Assembly (NCBI GenBank): GCA_009859145.1
Contig: VRVR01000025.1
Location: 69,211-133,210, forward strand
From: Andalucia godoyi And28
Taxonomy: Eukaryota > Protista > Jakobida
Length of the DNA: 64,000 nucleotides
Direction of reading: 5' to 3'
In this document: positions 21,054-30,886 of the stretch, one piece after another
How positions within the stretch are numbered: the stretch's first letter is position 1
How the letters are laid out: each line of letters begins with the position of its first letter
The notes under the pieces: model-generated
The model's database searches: none
The model's input: the letters and a program-made list of their open reading frames with translations, nothing else
What the model was told of the DNA's origin: nothing
Made by a program: the position numbers and the translations under genes

Positions 21054-21393
21054 CACCTACATTGTACACTATCCACGGATAATCATCGCTGATTACCCAT
21101 AATCAACGTTGCAACCCAGCACGCCCCTCGGCATGAGAGACGTTCCTAAGATAGATGTTGCGTTGCATGGACAATAAAAATAAAATAAAGAAATGAAATG
21201 AGCGTCGCCGTGCGAGAATGCAACGCGGCGGCGTATGTATAGGGATTTCATGGTCAAAATGGGGCGAAACGAATCGGGCATCGTGTGACGGAGTTGCTAA
21301 GATAACAAACGCATGCGCATGGCGTGTGGCGCGTGGCAGTGTTTTTGTTTGCATGCGCTTTAGACTGCTTCATCATATCGCAATAAGTGGCAA
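21054..21393 (-). mobile_element. Family-3 TnpB/Fanzor remnant with omegaRNA-like 3' end (left boundary tentative)
   Basis: Minus strand encodes QRNIYLRNV, then CATGCC-GAGG-GGCGTG and GGGTAATCA-GCGA-TGATTATCC hairpins, ending TAGTGTACAATGTAGGTG. Confidence 0.6.
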
Positions 21394-21584
21394 CGGTGTA
21401 ATAAACATGCATGGTGCGTTTTACATAACGACTAACTGGCGCTGATCTATCGTCCCTCAAAGTCACAACGAAGACGCGACATGCTCAGCCACGAGGATAT
21501 GCGTACCAAAAACGTTGGGCAATCGAGGATGCAAGAGGGAGGGGAAAAAAGGTTCCAGATGAGATGCTGGATCAGAAGGGTCGG

Positions 21585-22052
21585 TCATGTGGAGTCCATT
21601 TGGTAAGTGATGCATGTTGTTCGCCACGCATGTCGGCCATACACTGCTCGAGCTCGATAGTTGTTGTCTGCTGTGATCCATCGGACGTCTTCCCAGTTCC
21701 TGTCTTTTCCCAACACTCGCAGACGGTGAAGCAGTTTGTCTGCCAGTTTTTGTCCCCGGAACGCAGGATCCACAAATAAATTGTCGAGAAAACAAATGTT
21801 TCTCGCAGACAAGCTGTGGGGCTGTTCTTGAAAATGTGCAAATCCAAGAATCGGTCTTTTGGAATCGTTTGTGTCCCGAAGTGCGATCCCATTGAATACG
21901 TGAGTTGGGTCCATCAGCCAACCGAACACTCGTTCTGCCACAATGTCTGTCAATTTCACATTGTGGACAGCACAGTGCTCCTCAAAAAGACGCCTCCAGA
22001 TCTCATAGTCTTCCCTGCGAATGTCGTCAATAACAATGCCTGAAACGTCCAT
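21585..22052 (-). CDS. GNAT family N-acetyltransferase (paralog 2)
   Basis: CFLDNLFVDPAFRGQKLA and WITADNNYRARAVY; clearly paralogous to 20356-20829. Confidence 0.9.
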   Translation of the reverse strand: MDVSGIVIDDIRREDYEIWRRLFEEHCAVHNVKLTDIVAERVFGWLMDPTHVFNGIALRDTNDSKRPILGFAHFQEQPHSLSARNICFLDNLFVDPAFRGQKLADKLLHRLRVLGKDRNWEDVRWITADNNYRARAVYGRHAWRTTCITYQMDST

Positions 22053-22295
22053 TCCCGTCTTCGCGCAAACAATTGTTCATGAATCTACAACGAAGTGGAA
22101 AAGGGAGGGAAGAAGCTGCAATTTTCTTTTGGATTATTTTACTGTCATTTCTTGTTATTTATTCTTTTTTTTTTTTGTTATTGTTGTTCTCTTGTTCTCT
22201 GTGTTGCTGCTGAATTCCCAGTTTTGTGTTTGGTCGGACCCGAGCAACATCGGACATATGGGTTGAGAAGCGGACCAAGCTGCAGAGGCTGAAAG

Positions 22296-22838
22296 TTACT
22301 GGATGGTGATCGACTTTGTACGCGGCAGAGCCTGTTCACGCTTGGGGATATTGAGATGGAGGACGCCGTTGTCGTACTTTGCATTGATCTGTTCTGCATT
22401 TGCATTTTCCGGAAGTCTCATCGAACGCTGGAACGAGCCCCAGGATCTTTCGACGCGATGCCACTTTTCATTGTCCTCCTTCTTCTCCATCTTGTTTTCA
22501 CCGTGGATCTTCAGAACATTGTTGTGGTCCACTTCAATCTTGATGTCTGCCTTGCTGAGTCCCGGAAGCTCCGCCTCCACAATGATTTCCTTGTCGGTTT
22601 CCTTCACATCCATCATCGGGGCCCATGCGCGACGGCCTCCATTAAAAGTACTCAGTGTCGAGTTGTCGCGGTTAGCAACCGTGCCTGAGTTGCCATTGGC
22701 ATTGGAGCCACCTTCGATCGCTGACGGCTGCCCCGCAGATCCATAATAGTCAATCGGTGCAAAATGCTGCGCAAACAACGAGTCCATCTCCCGCTGCAGA
22801 CGCTGCATCTCGCGGAACGGGTCAGTCCAGAACGACAT
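22296..22838 (-). CDS. Small heat shock protein (HSP20/alpha-crystallin)
   Basis: MDVKET...VEAELPG, HRVERSWGSFQRSMRLP and AKYDNGVLHLNIPK motifs; ATG at 22838. Confidence 0.95.
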   Translation of the reverse strand: MSFWTDPFREMQRLQREMDSLFAQHFAPIDYYGSAGQPSAIEGGSNANGNSGTVANRDNSTLSTFNGGRRAWAPMMDVKETDKEIIVEAELPGLSKADIKIEVDHNNVLKIHGENKMEKKEDNEKWHRVERSWGSFQRSMRLPENANAEQINAKYDNGVLHLNIPKREQALPRTKSITIQ

Positions 22839-22999
22839 TTCGGTAACGTAACGTAGTGTACGGATAAGGTAAACAAAGGTACGGGTGAGGTAACTGTTTG
22901 TCTTGGAAGAGAGAAAAAAGAAAGAAGGAAAGAAGGGGGTAAGAAAAGAAAGAGAGAGAGAGAGAGAGAAGCGGAGTGACGAAACTAAGCAACACAATT

Positions 23000-23095
23000 G
23001 TATTTATAGTTTGTGCAAACTTCCAGAAAGTGCTAAAAATTTCGTCACGCTTTCGTCACGCTTTCCGTCACACTTTCGTCACAGCTGACGTCACA
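23000..23095 (-). promoter_or_regulatory. sHSP promoter: TATA box, HSE-like TTCcaGAA, four TT(C)CGTCAC repeats and TGACGTCA
   Basis: TATAAATA on the minus strand at about 23002-23009; TTCCAGAA at 23021-23028; TTTCGTCAC-type motif repeated at 23040-23081. Confidence 0.55.
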
Positions 23096-23254
23096 GAGAG
23101 CTGCGGAAGACACTTCCCGGCAAATATTTACTCAAAAAGTCTCATTCACCTTGAAGGCAACTCTTATTAAAAACAATAACGTTTTGCTATTTTTCGAACT
23201 GAGATTTTTATAATATAGAAAGGAACAAAATGAGATGCAATATTCGGAATCCCG

Positions 23255-23565
23255 TAAAAAATGCATCTCGAAGCGAGCGCGGTTAAACAGCCAAACGCGT
23301 ATCTGTGGAAAACTAACCAAACTCAGCGGCCAAAAGGTGGCGCTGTAAACATTGTGGGTTCGACATGGATCGTGCTTGGCTTGGTTCTCGAAATATATGT
23401 TTTTTTGAAGCAATACTCAATCTTATTAAGCGCCTTGGCTTTGAGCGAAGTGCGCGATGGCTGCTTCGGCCCTTCTCCCTGTAGGGAGTTATAAGCATAC
23501 ATCCCATGAAAGCGAGGTGAGTGTTGCCAGTACTGATCAACATTGATTAGCATTGGAACGAGGCG
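23255..23565 (+). mobile_element. Family-4 degenerate TnpB/Fanzor remnant with omegaRNA-like 3' end (left boundary tentative)
   Basis: Frameshifted SQTRICGKLTKLSGQK / WRCKHCGFDMDRAWLGSRNI, three hairpins, terminus AACGAGGCG; CCG at 23252-23254. Confidence 0.65.
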
Positions 23566-23895
23566 TACGTGGTTGTCCTGTGTGCACGAGCCATGACGTC
23601 AGCCGCACACCAAAACATGAATCATTGGGTTGGCGTCGTTGCATATCGCATGCGCAATGATCTGATGATCATCAGCTTGCTCAACAAGTTGCGACGAGAG
23701 GGGATCAACGGGTTTCTCGGTTCTCGGTATCTTCGGGCATAGCCGGTCTGAGTTTGTTGGGAAGATCCCTCTTTGGAGCCATGCGATGTTTTTGTCTTTG
23801 TCTCTGATGAAAGGTGCTGCTTGAGGGTTCGATAGGGAAAAGCAAGCATGTTGTTTGTTTGATATTCAATGTTTGATGCACAAAGCTGTCAGCCG

Positions 23896-24349
23896 TTGAA
23901 TAATGACACGTCATTGTCATGCATACGGAAGTATACATAAACAGACACGGTCAATACTGGCCGACACTAGCACCTTTTGTTTCACAGGAATTCGTGCTGA
24001 TGCACGCTCGGCCAAAATTCAGCCGGTGGCACAGGCTCTGCATTTCCGACACTCTTTAACGCAACATCCGTAGCCATCTATTCTATCATTCGTTGGTTTG
24101 GTTTTTTGGTTTCACTTTTTGCAACGTTTGTTCCATAAGGCAACCGAGTATCGCGAGCGGCGGAAGCAAAGTGTTTGCATGTCCCGCGTGCAGCTCGCAG
24201 ATTGACCGAGATTGGGAACGGAGCGCGGAACATCTATCCGAAGAACGCTGTGAGGCGTGTTGGGGCCTATCCCCTTCCCGGCAACGGGATGCAAGACTGA
24301 ATATGCATGTCCGTTCGTAGATATGCATGTTCGGGGTACAACGTAGGCG
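23896..24349 (+). mobile_element. Family-1 non-autonomous Fanzor2/TnpB mini-element, copy A
   Basis: Shares left end (AATGAC..GTCATT) and right end (GTACAACGTAGGCG) with 41945-42508 and 58431-58883. Encodes LQRLFHKATEYR and SGGSKVFACPACSSQIDRDW(+1)NGARNIY. Confidence 0.9.
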
Positions 24350-24369
24350 TCCTGGCCAGTCGTACATCC
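24200..24369 (+). ncRNA. Predicted omegaRNA scaffold plus guide (copy A; 5' limit approximate)
   Basis: GGGG-CCTAT-CCCC, TCCCG-GCAA-CGGGA and a long TTCG-capped stem overlap the TnpB 3' end; variable flank TCCTGGCCAGTCGTACATCC. Expression not shown. Confidence 0.6.
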
Positions 24370-24622
24370 TATTTGAAAAAACCCAAGTTCTCCATCGTCC
24401 GTAGTTCCATGTTTCGCTCTTCTTTTCTGTTTTCCCCAATGTCCAAGCCATTGCACTGAGCCCTGCATCAGTCTTTGATTTCCGTCTTTTCTGTATTGTT
24501 TACTTATTATAATTATAATTATAATGGTTTGTTTTGTTATTACTTTTTTGGTTTTCATCCGTGATCTTTTATAATTCTTTTATTGGCGGTGTTTTTTGAG
24601 AGCTTGTGGATCTTGGGCGAAC

Positions 24623-27600
24623 ATGAAAGTGAAGGCTCTTCAAAATCGAAGGTTTGCGAAAGATCGGAAACAATCGAAGCAAAAGCCAGAGTCTTCCTCT
24701 GAAAGCGAGGAAGTGGACGAGATTTTGGACTCTGATGAATTTTCGTCTTTGGATGAACGTTCCGAGCAAGACAGCCCTATCCACAATGATGATGAAAACG
24801 GTGGATTCGAGAACATAGATGACGATGACGATGACGAAGCGCACGAAGAAGAAGAAGAAGAACAGGAGGAGGAGAAGGAAGAAGAAGAGATTGTGCGACC
24901 ACCACTGAAGCGAGCGCGTCTTGCGTTTGAGATTGAGGCGGAAAATCAGAAATCAGTCAAGGAGCCAAAGCTATCAAAGGAAGCCTCGAAGATGACGGAA
25001 GCGGAAATCCGATCGAAACGATTCAAACTGCAAGCTGATGCGCTGCTTGGGGAAGTCAAACCGTCGAAAGAAGTATTTCAGAATTGCGAGGCCTTTCTGA
25101 GAACACTGCGTGATGCGCTCTTCTCAGTGTCTGCAGCGACGAGCCCGTCACAAAACGCAGTTCTTCTGGAAAATGGACTGGCGGACGTGCTTCACGCAGA
25201 TGAATCAAACGACTGCGAAGCAAGGTTCGTGCCACCTTCGCAGATCCGGATTGTCGGAAGCTTTCTGCTTCGCTGTACGATTCGTCCGCGCCTAAATGTC
25301 GATGTCGCATGCGAAATTCCCTCGGAATGCTTCTTGCAAAAGGACTTTACGCACGGAAGGTATTTCAGGAAACGAGCGGCATGGCTCTTCATGTACGCAA
25401 AGCAGCTTCAGAAGAAATTGAACAAATTGGGTGTCACCATCAAGGTGTCTGATTTCAACGGGGACAAGTTTCGGCCGGTTTTGGAGCTCTCTGCAGCCGA
25501 ACTGATGCCGTTTACTGTTCGCATTTTGCCATGCCCATCAGACACACAGTTCTCGCTCGAGAAACTGTATTCGAGATCGTTGTTTGCAATTGCAGAGGAC
25601 GCGACGTTGGTGCCCCATTTGGCATATCTTCACGATCAGTTTTTGCAGTACGATAATTTGCTGGCGGTCGCATCACTGGTCCGCGTTTGGCTGCACCAGA
25701 GGCCCCTACTGGAAAGGTTCGTGTCACCCTTCATGCTGACTATGTGTATCGCAAAGGAATGCACCACGAATCCGCTGTTGAAACATGCAGACCTGTATCA
25801 TTTCTTCAAGGTATCCATGAAGGCAGTCCAGTCCGCCGCGGCTTCCGGATCTCTGACCGACGTGTCCGGGTCATTTTCGCTATCCCATGCATGTCCCTCG
25901 TGGGTATTGCGACGGCTGGCGTATGAGGCAGGGCTGGCTGTTCAATTTATGGATGCAGAAGACTTCAGCGGACTGTTCTTACAAAAGGTTGATCCCCTCT
26001 TTTCCTTCGATGGGTTCTATGTATTTTCCCGGAAAGTGGGTCAAACCGAACTCGCACAGTTGTGCGAAAAAGTGGAATCGGCAATTTCCGGACGTGTTCG
26101 GTGTGTTTGCCCTGTGCTTGACTCCCTTTCTGGACGTCATGCGCAGTACTCGATGATCGGTTTCTTGTTGACCGGTGATACCAGCGAAGCATACAAGCAA
26201 GTCGTCATGGGACCTGCTGCTGACGGGATTGCCGAGGAGATCGATGCCTTCCGAGGGATCTGGAAAGATAGAGCGGAAGTTCGCCGTTTCAAGGATGGCG
26301 CAATTTGCTGGTCTGCAGTTTTTCCCATTCCGAGCACTAAAAAGATTGTGGGTTCCAAGCGGGCATCGCTCGAAGATGTCACTCTGTGCCGTCGAACGTT
26401 CATCCTGGAGGAAATATTCCAGTTTTTGGTTGGCGATTCGAAGGGGCATATTCTGATGGATCCCATTCTTCCTTCTCTGATGGACGCTGCTGGAGAGGGC
26501 GATGACACTTCGGCGAAGCTCGAGTATGCTTCCGCATACGCCATCCGAGTTGCATTCAGCGAACTACAGTCCATGGTCATTCAGTGTGCATCGCTGCCTC
26601 TGCAAATCATCTCTGTTCATTGTACGGATCCCGCAGCCCGCAACACCTCTTCTCATCTGTCCGCATACACAGATGACAGGCGTGTTGTTCCCGTGGTCGT
26701 CATTCTCGAATCCTCTTCCAGATGGCCGGCAAATGCACAGGCGATTGCGAGGCTGAAGACGGCAATGGCATTTAGAATGGCGCAAGAACTGGAGTCAAAA
26801 TACCACTGCGCTTGTCGTTTGACGGAGCAGTATCTCGATGTGAACCTCCGTCGTGCAGACGCTGACTCCAAAAAGCTGACATTTCGGTTGTTGCTGCGAT
26901 CGGAAAATCCGCTCGAAATCACAACGCTTCCGGTCAAGGATGCGCTTGTTTATGAACGAGAAACAAAGTATGCAGTGCAGCACCACATGTGGAGTCTTGA
27001 TCTTTCCTTGAAGTTTGTGGGAAGGTACGGGGAAGCTTGTCGCTTGCTGGAGCGCTGGCTAGTGTCCCATGGTCTTTCTGGCTATTTCACTCAGGAATGG
27101 ATGGAGCTCATTGTCGCCGCTGTGTTTCATCCGAGACTGTGCTCTCCCTACGGCATCCCACAGTCGTCGTGGATCGCCTTTTTGCGAGCCCTTCGATTGA
27201 TTGGTACCGTGGACTGGAGACGAGAACCGATCGATATTCGTGGAATGTCTGGCGAGGAAGTCCAGAAAGTGTTGGAAAGGGATGCCGTCAAAAAACAGTC
27301 GGATTCTGAGAAGGTTGTCGAAGGTATGGATGGCCCCCAGGAATCGGATGTTTCCGGAAAATCCGTGAAAAGGGGTGGTCGACACACTTTCAAGATATTA
27401 TATGATCTCGATCCAGAATTTGGTCACCGTTGGTCGATTGATGGACCAGAGGAAATGATTGTGGATCGAATGCAGACACTGGCACGCAAATCGCTCGCAA
27501 ATCATGAGCGATGCGTTCTGAAACAGTCTTCTCAGTCTGCGTTTGCCAAGGAGTACGAAGCGGAGGTGATGTTTTCTGCAGAGGACTCTCGTCTGGCAAT

Positions 27601-28072
27601 GGTTGTTCAGGACATGGACATGTTGATACGACGCAGAGTGTTTGCCTCGCGGACGTCTCGGCAACCTTGGTGTCAGTTTATGGGATTGGATACGCTTTAT
27701 GACTGCTATCCGGAAGATGGCTTCCTGTCGCTGCTGCGAAAGCAGTTTGAGAACTACGCCTTTTTCTTTGAGCTAGACAAGAAACACATTGGAGTTGTTT
27801 TCAAGCCGCTTGCATTTCTTCCGACCCAGTTGCGAATTTCCTCTTCATTCTGCGCATTCCCTCTGGATGCCGACTGCGCTGCAGAGGGCCCAATGAAGAG
27901 CACCACAGTGATCCCTAATGTTTTTGAACTTGTGCACGAAATCAAGTCGATTGGCAAGGGTGTTGTGGAAAGCATGGACTTTGTCGTTCGGGGGGACCAG
28001 TGGGAGAACAGATGCAGTCTTGAAGCGCAGCAGGAGGACAGCGACCCGTCCGATGCAGCAAGTGAGCCTTGA
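24623..28072 (+). CDS. NOL6: U3 snoRNA-associated protein 22 / nucleolar protein 6 (Nrap)
   Basis: IVGSFLL...PRLNVDVA, YFRKRA, FRGIWKDRAEVRRFKDGAI and FKIL motifs of the Nrap/Utp22 family. Confidence 0.9.
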   Translation: MKVKALQNRRFAKDRKQSKQKPESSSESEEVDEILDSDEFSSLDERSEQDSPIHNDDENGGFENIDDDDDDEAHEEEEEEQEEEKEEEEIVRPPLKRARLAFEIEAENQKSVKEPKLSKEASKMTEAEIRSKRFKLQADALLGEVKPSKEVFQNCEAFLRTLRDALFSVSAATSPSQNAVLLENGLADVLHADESNDCEARFVPPSQIRIVGSFLLRCTIRPRLNVDVACEIPSECFLQKDFTHGRYFRKRAAWLFMYAKQLQKKLNKLGVTIKVSDFNGDKFRPVLELSAAELMPFTVRILPCPSDTQFSLEKLYSRSLFAIAEDATLVPHLAYLHDQFLQYDNLLAVASLVRVWLHQRPLLERFVSPFMLTMCIAKECTTNPLLKHADLYHFFKVSMKAVQSAAASGSLTDVSGSFSLSHACPSWVLRRLAYEAGLAVQFMDAEDFSGLFLQKVDPLFSFDGFYVFSRKVGQTELAQLCEKVESAISGRVRCVCPVLDSLSGRHAQYSMIGFLLTGDTSEAYKQVVMGPAADGIAEEIDAFRGIWKDRAEVRRFKDGAICWSAVFPIPSTKKIVGSKRASLEDVTLCRRTFILEEIFQFLVGDSKGHILMDPILPSLMDAAGEGDDTSAKLEYASAYAIRVAFSELQSMVIQCASLPLQIISVHCTDPAARNTSSHLSAYTDDRRVVPVVVILESSSRWPANAQAIARLKTAMAFRMAQELESKYHCACRLTEQYLDVNLRRADADSKKLTFRLLLRSENPLEITTLPVKDALVYERETKYAVQHHMWSLDLSLKFVGRYGEACRLLERWLVSHGLSGYFTQEWMELIVAAVFHPRLCSPYGIPQSSWIAFLRALRLIGTVDWRREPIDIRGMSGEEVQKVLERDAVKKQSDSEKVVEGMDGPQESDVSGKSVKRGGRHTFKILYDLDPEFGHRWSIDGPEEMIVDRMQTLARKSLANHERCVLKQSSQSAFAKEYEAEVMFSAEDSRLAMVVQDMDMLIRRRVFASRTSRQPWCQFMGLDTLYDCYPEDGFLSLLRKQFENYAFFFELDKKHIGVVFKPLAFLPTQLRISSSFCAFPLDADCAAEGPMKSTTVIPNVFELVHEIKSIGKGVVESMDFVVRGDQWENRCSLEAQQEDSDPSDAASEP

Positions 28073-28400
28073 CGCCCATCGCACTGCTCGCAAAAACAGC
28101 AAACCACGCACTTGGTGCTATCCATGCAACGAAACTCTTTGCTCTGCTTTCCCCCCACTCCCCCAGAGATTCAGACAATGCTCTTCCGCTTGGCCTTTTT
28201 TCTTCTCGTTCCATTCATGCCAGTCCATCGTCATTCCGATGCCCCTTCTGGAACGGTGCGCAAAACATCGATCTGAAGAACGCTTCAGCGTACTGGGGCC
28301 TGTCCCTGCTTCCTGAATTGAAAATTCGCATTCGGTGTTCAGGTGCAAGACCGACGGCCAGCAACGATTCACCATGTGTAGTGTACAATGTAGACACCCG
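28058..28400 (+). mobile_element. Family-2 non-autonomous TnpB/Fanzor-derived mini-element, copy 2 (overlaps NOL6 stop)
   Basis: 343-bp near-identical inverted copy of 11992-12334 with the WNGAQNIDLKNA motif and conserved right end. Confidence 0.75.
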
Positions 28401-28711
28401 ACGCAGAGTCTGCTGAGTGATATTCTTTTGTGCAACATATACCTTTCTCCATCATGCATTTCCATTTATCTTTTCATTTTCAAATTAGCATTCTACAAAC
28501 AAAATTCACAGGTTGTATTTTATTGTTTTTTAGTTTTTTGATTTTATTTATTAATTTATTTTTTGGCTCAATGTTTTCTTCATGTAAGCATCCGATGACT
28601 ATCCAAAAATCCAAATATACGCGAACGACTATATCAACAAAAACACAAAGAAAAAGAAGAAGAAGAAGAAGAAGGAAAAAAACAAAGATTCTTCAAATTA
28701 CTCTAGCATCA

Positions 28712-30886
28712 TCATACCTTGACAAAGGACCCTGTGCTGTTCCACGACGGACTGGGGCGATGCATGACCGTTGGTCGGTTGACACTCAGAATCGACCCCG
28801 GTCTTGACGGGACCTTTCCGGATCCGTTGGAGGACACCAATGCCATTGACAATGGAACTCGCTCAACCGGCGGAGACCGCGAACGACATGGGATTGGCGA
28901 CTGTCTCGTCACGAATCTTCTGTCAACGCCTACAACTGCAGCTGCAGCTGCAGCGGACGACGACGACGTTGAAGACCCCGAGACGCGAGAGGAATTGGAA
29001 CTTGCAGAACTCATGTTGCTTCGCGCAGATGACGAGCCCCGCATGGCGGATGTGCTGCGGACAGTCGAAGACCCGGATCGCGACGACATGGCAGCCATTG
29101 ATGGCTGGTCTGAAATGGAAGCAAGAGAACCACGTCGGCTCGCAGACTTCAACTTCAAGCGCATTGTTGCTGGAGATGGAGGTCCCGTTTGTCCAAAGGT
29201 GGATGGCAACGCGGCAACGGCTTGTCCAGTCAGCATGCGCGGGTTCAGCAGTTGGTCAATCGTGCGCTTCTCTTCAAACCACTTTTGCAGCAGAATATTA
29301 TAATAGCGAGGAGAGTCGAAGAATGCTTGATATTTCCCAGTGTTGCTGTTCGGGAAGATGCGTCGGAAGCCCCGAGCTCGATTTTCCTCGTCATAGGTCT
29401 CTTTGAGAATGATCAGCTCCTCTTCCGTCAGCTCATCGAGTGAACAATTCATCAAGTCAAAGACTGTCCGTTGGCGATTGAATACTGACAACGTGTTGCC
29501 CTTTGGGGAAACCGAGGAAGCATGCTCGTCACTGGATCCAGATCCCGCATGCGTAGGAAGAATTGCCGCTGACGAAACATTCGATTCGAAACCCAGCAGC
29601 CTCGCCTGCTTGCGATCTTCGACTTCCTTGGCCCATTTCTTCCTGTCATATGGCACAAAACCAGCAAGATGGAACAAGTCGGAAAGAAGACGGTACTTGA
29701 TACTCTTGTCCATGGGAGAAGACGCGGACAGGGACGGCATGATGTTCACCTCGATGACGTATGGCTTCAGATTCTCGTCCAGCAGAACATCGAAGCCGAA
29801 CAACTCGAAGCAGGCTCCGCGATCATGAATGGAGCGCTTAAGCTTGGTGTTGACTTCTGCGTCTGCAGCGATAATCGTCTTGATAATGACGTCTTCGATT
29901 CTGAGAAACAGTGCATCATCATCGATGCCTTGGTCCTGCAGATACTTACGGAACGCCTTCAGCGACCATTTCGACCCAGTTCCGTCTTCCTGGTCATCGG
30001 TATTCTTGACGAAATCCTTGCTCTTCTTGTTCACTGCGTAATTCGTAAGGTGCATGAACCGATTCTTGATGGTTTTTGCAGATTTTGAGTACTTGGCGGT
30101 GGAGAACCGCGTCAAGCCATCGTCGAACATGTGGATGCGCAACGGGTCAAACGACGTCACTGCGACATAAATGCGCAAGTCGAATTTGTATCCGTTGATG
30201 GTCATTGGGTTGTCAATGTATCTTTGGACAAGCTGTTTCTTTGACTTGCTCAGTGCCTTGGGCCCGTCCACAAGCCGAATCCCACGCCCACATGCCGATG
30301 CCGGTGGCTTCGAGATCCAAAATGCGTTTGGATTCCTCTCCATTTCGCACACGAGCAGTCCAAAATCCTGCGGGAGCAAGTACGAACCTGGAAAAAAGTC
30401 GTACTCCTCTCCACCAACAAGCCTTTTCATCCGAGCCAAATTGCGGGCAAGATTATCTTTTCTTCCGATCGCCCACGTTCCCGGAAAATGATTCGTCTTT
30501 TGAAACCTGTTCAGCATTCCGTACTCCTCCTGCTTCAAATGCTTGGACCAGATGCAGTTCGGAAGTGAAAACGACTCGTAGCTTGTGTCCGATTCGGTGA
30601 TCTGCTTGAATCCTGCTCGTTTGAACGCAGACTTCACGCACATGTACTCCACCGCCTCCCCACAAATCTTGAAATACAAGTTCCGATGCACCTGTTTCTT
30701 GAGGCCCTTCATTCGCGGCAATGACGCATCCGGCTTCTCGCCTTTAACAGGAAAGTAGATCGTCCCAGGTCGATCCGAGAACAACGACGGAAGTATAACA
30801 GCGGCGCCGCCACCACCTCCCTTTTCATGATCCGCATCAATCTCTGCATCCACGTCAAGATCAAGATCAACGTCCGCAACAGACAT
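28712..30886 (-). CDS. Tubulin polyglutamylase, TTLL4/5-like
   Basis: QKTNHFPG, WISKPPASACGRGI, KFDLRIYV, HLTNYAVNK, FELFGFDVLLD and IEVNIMPS motifs. Confidence 0.92.
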   Translation of the reverse strand: MSVADVDLDLDVDAEIDADHEKGGGGGAAVILPSLFSDRPGTIYFPVKGEKPDASLPRMKGLKKQVHRNLYFKICGEAVEYMCVKSAFKRAGFKQITESDTSYESFSLPNCIWSKHLKQEEYGMLNRFQKTNHFPGTWAIGRKDNLARNLARMKRLVGGEEYDFFPGSYLLPQDFGLLVCEMERNPNAFWISKPPASACGRGIRLVDGPKALSKSKKQLVQRYIDNPMTINGYKFDLRIYVAVTSFDPLRIHMFDDGLTRFSTAKYSKSAKTIKNRFMHLTNYAVNKKSKDFVKNTDDQEDGTGSKWSLKAFRKYLQDQGIDDDALFLRIEDVIIKTIIAADAEVNTKLKRSIHDRGACFELFGFDVLLDENLKPYVIEVNIMPSLSASSPMDKSIKYRLLSDLFHLAGFVPYDRKKWAKEVEDRKQARLLGFESNVSSAAILPTHAGSGSSDEHASSVSPKGNTLSVFNRQRTVFDLMNCSLDELTEEELIILKETYDEENRARGFRRIFPNSNTGKYQAFFDSPRYYNILLQKWFEEKRTIDQLLNPRMLTGQAVAALPSTFGQTGPPSPATMRLKLKSASRRGSLASISDQPSMAAMSSRSGSSTVRSTSAMRGSSSARSNMSSASSNSSRVSGSSTSSSSAAAAAAVVGVDRRFVTRQSPIPCRSRSPPVERVPLSMALVSSNGSGKVPSRPGSILSVNRPTVMHRPSPSWNSTGSFVKV

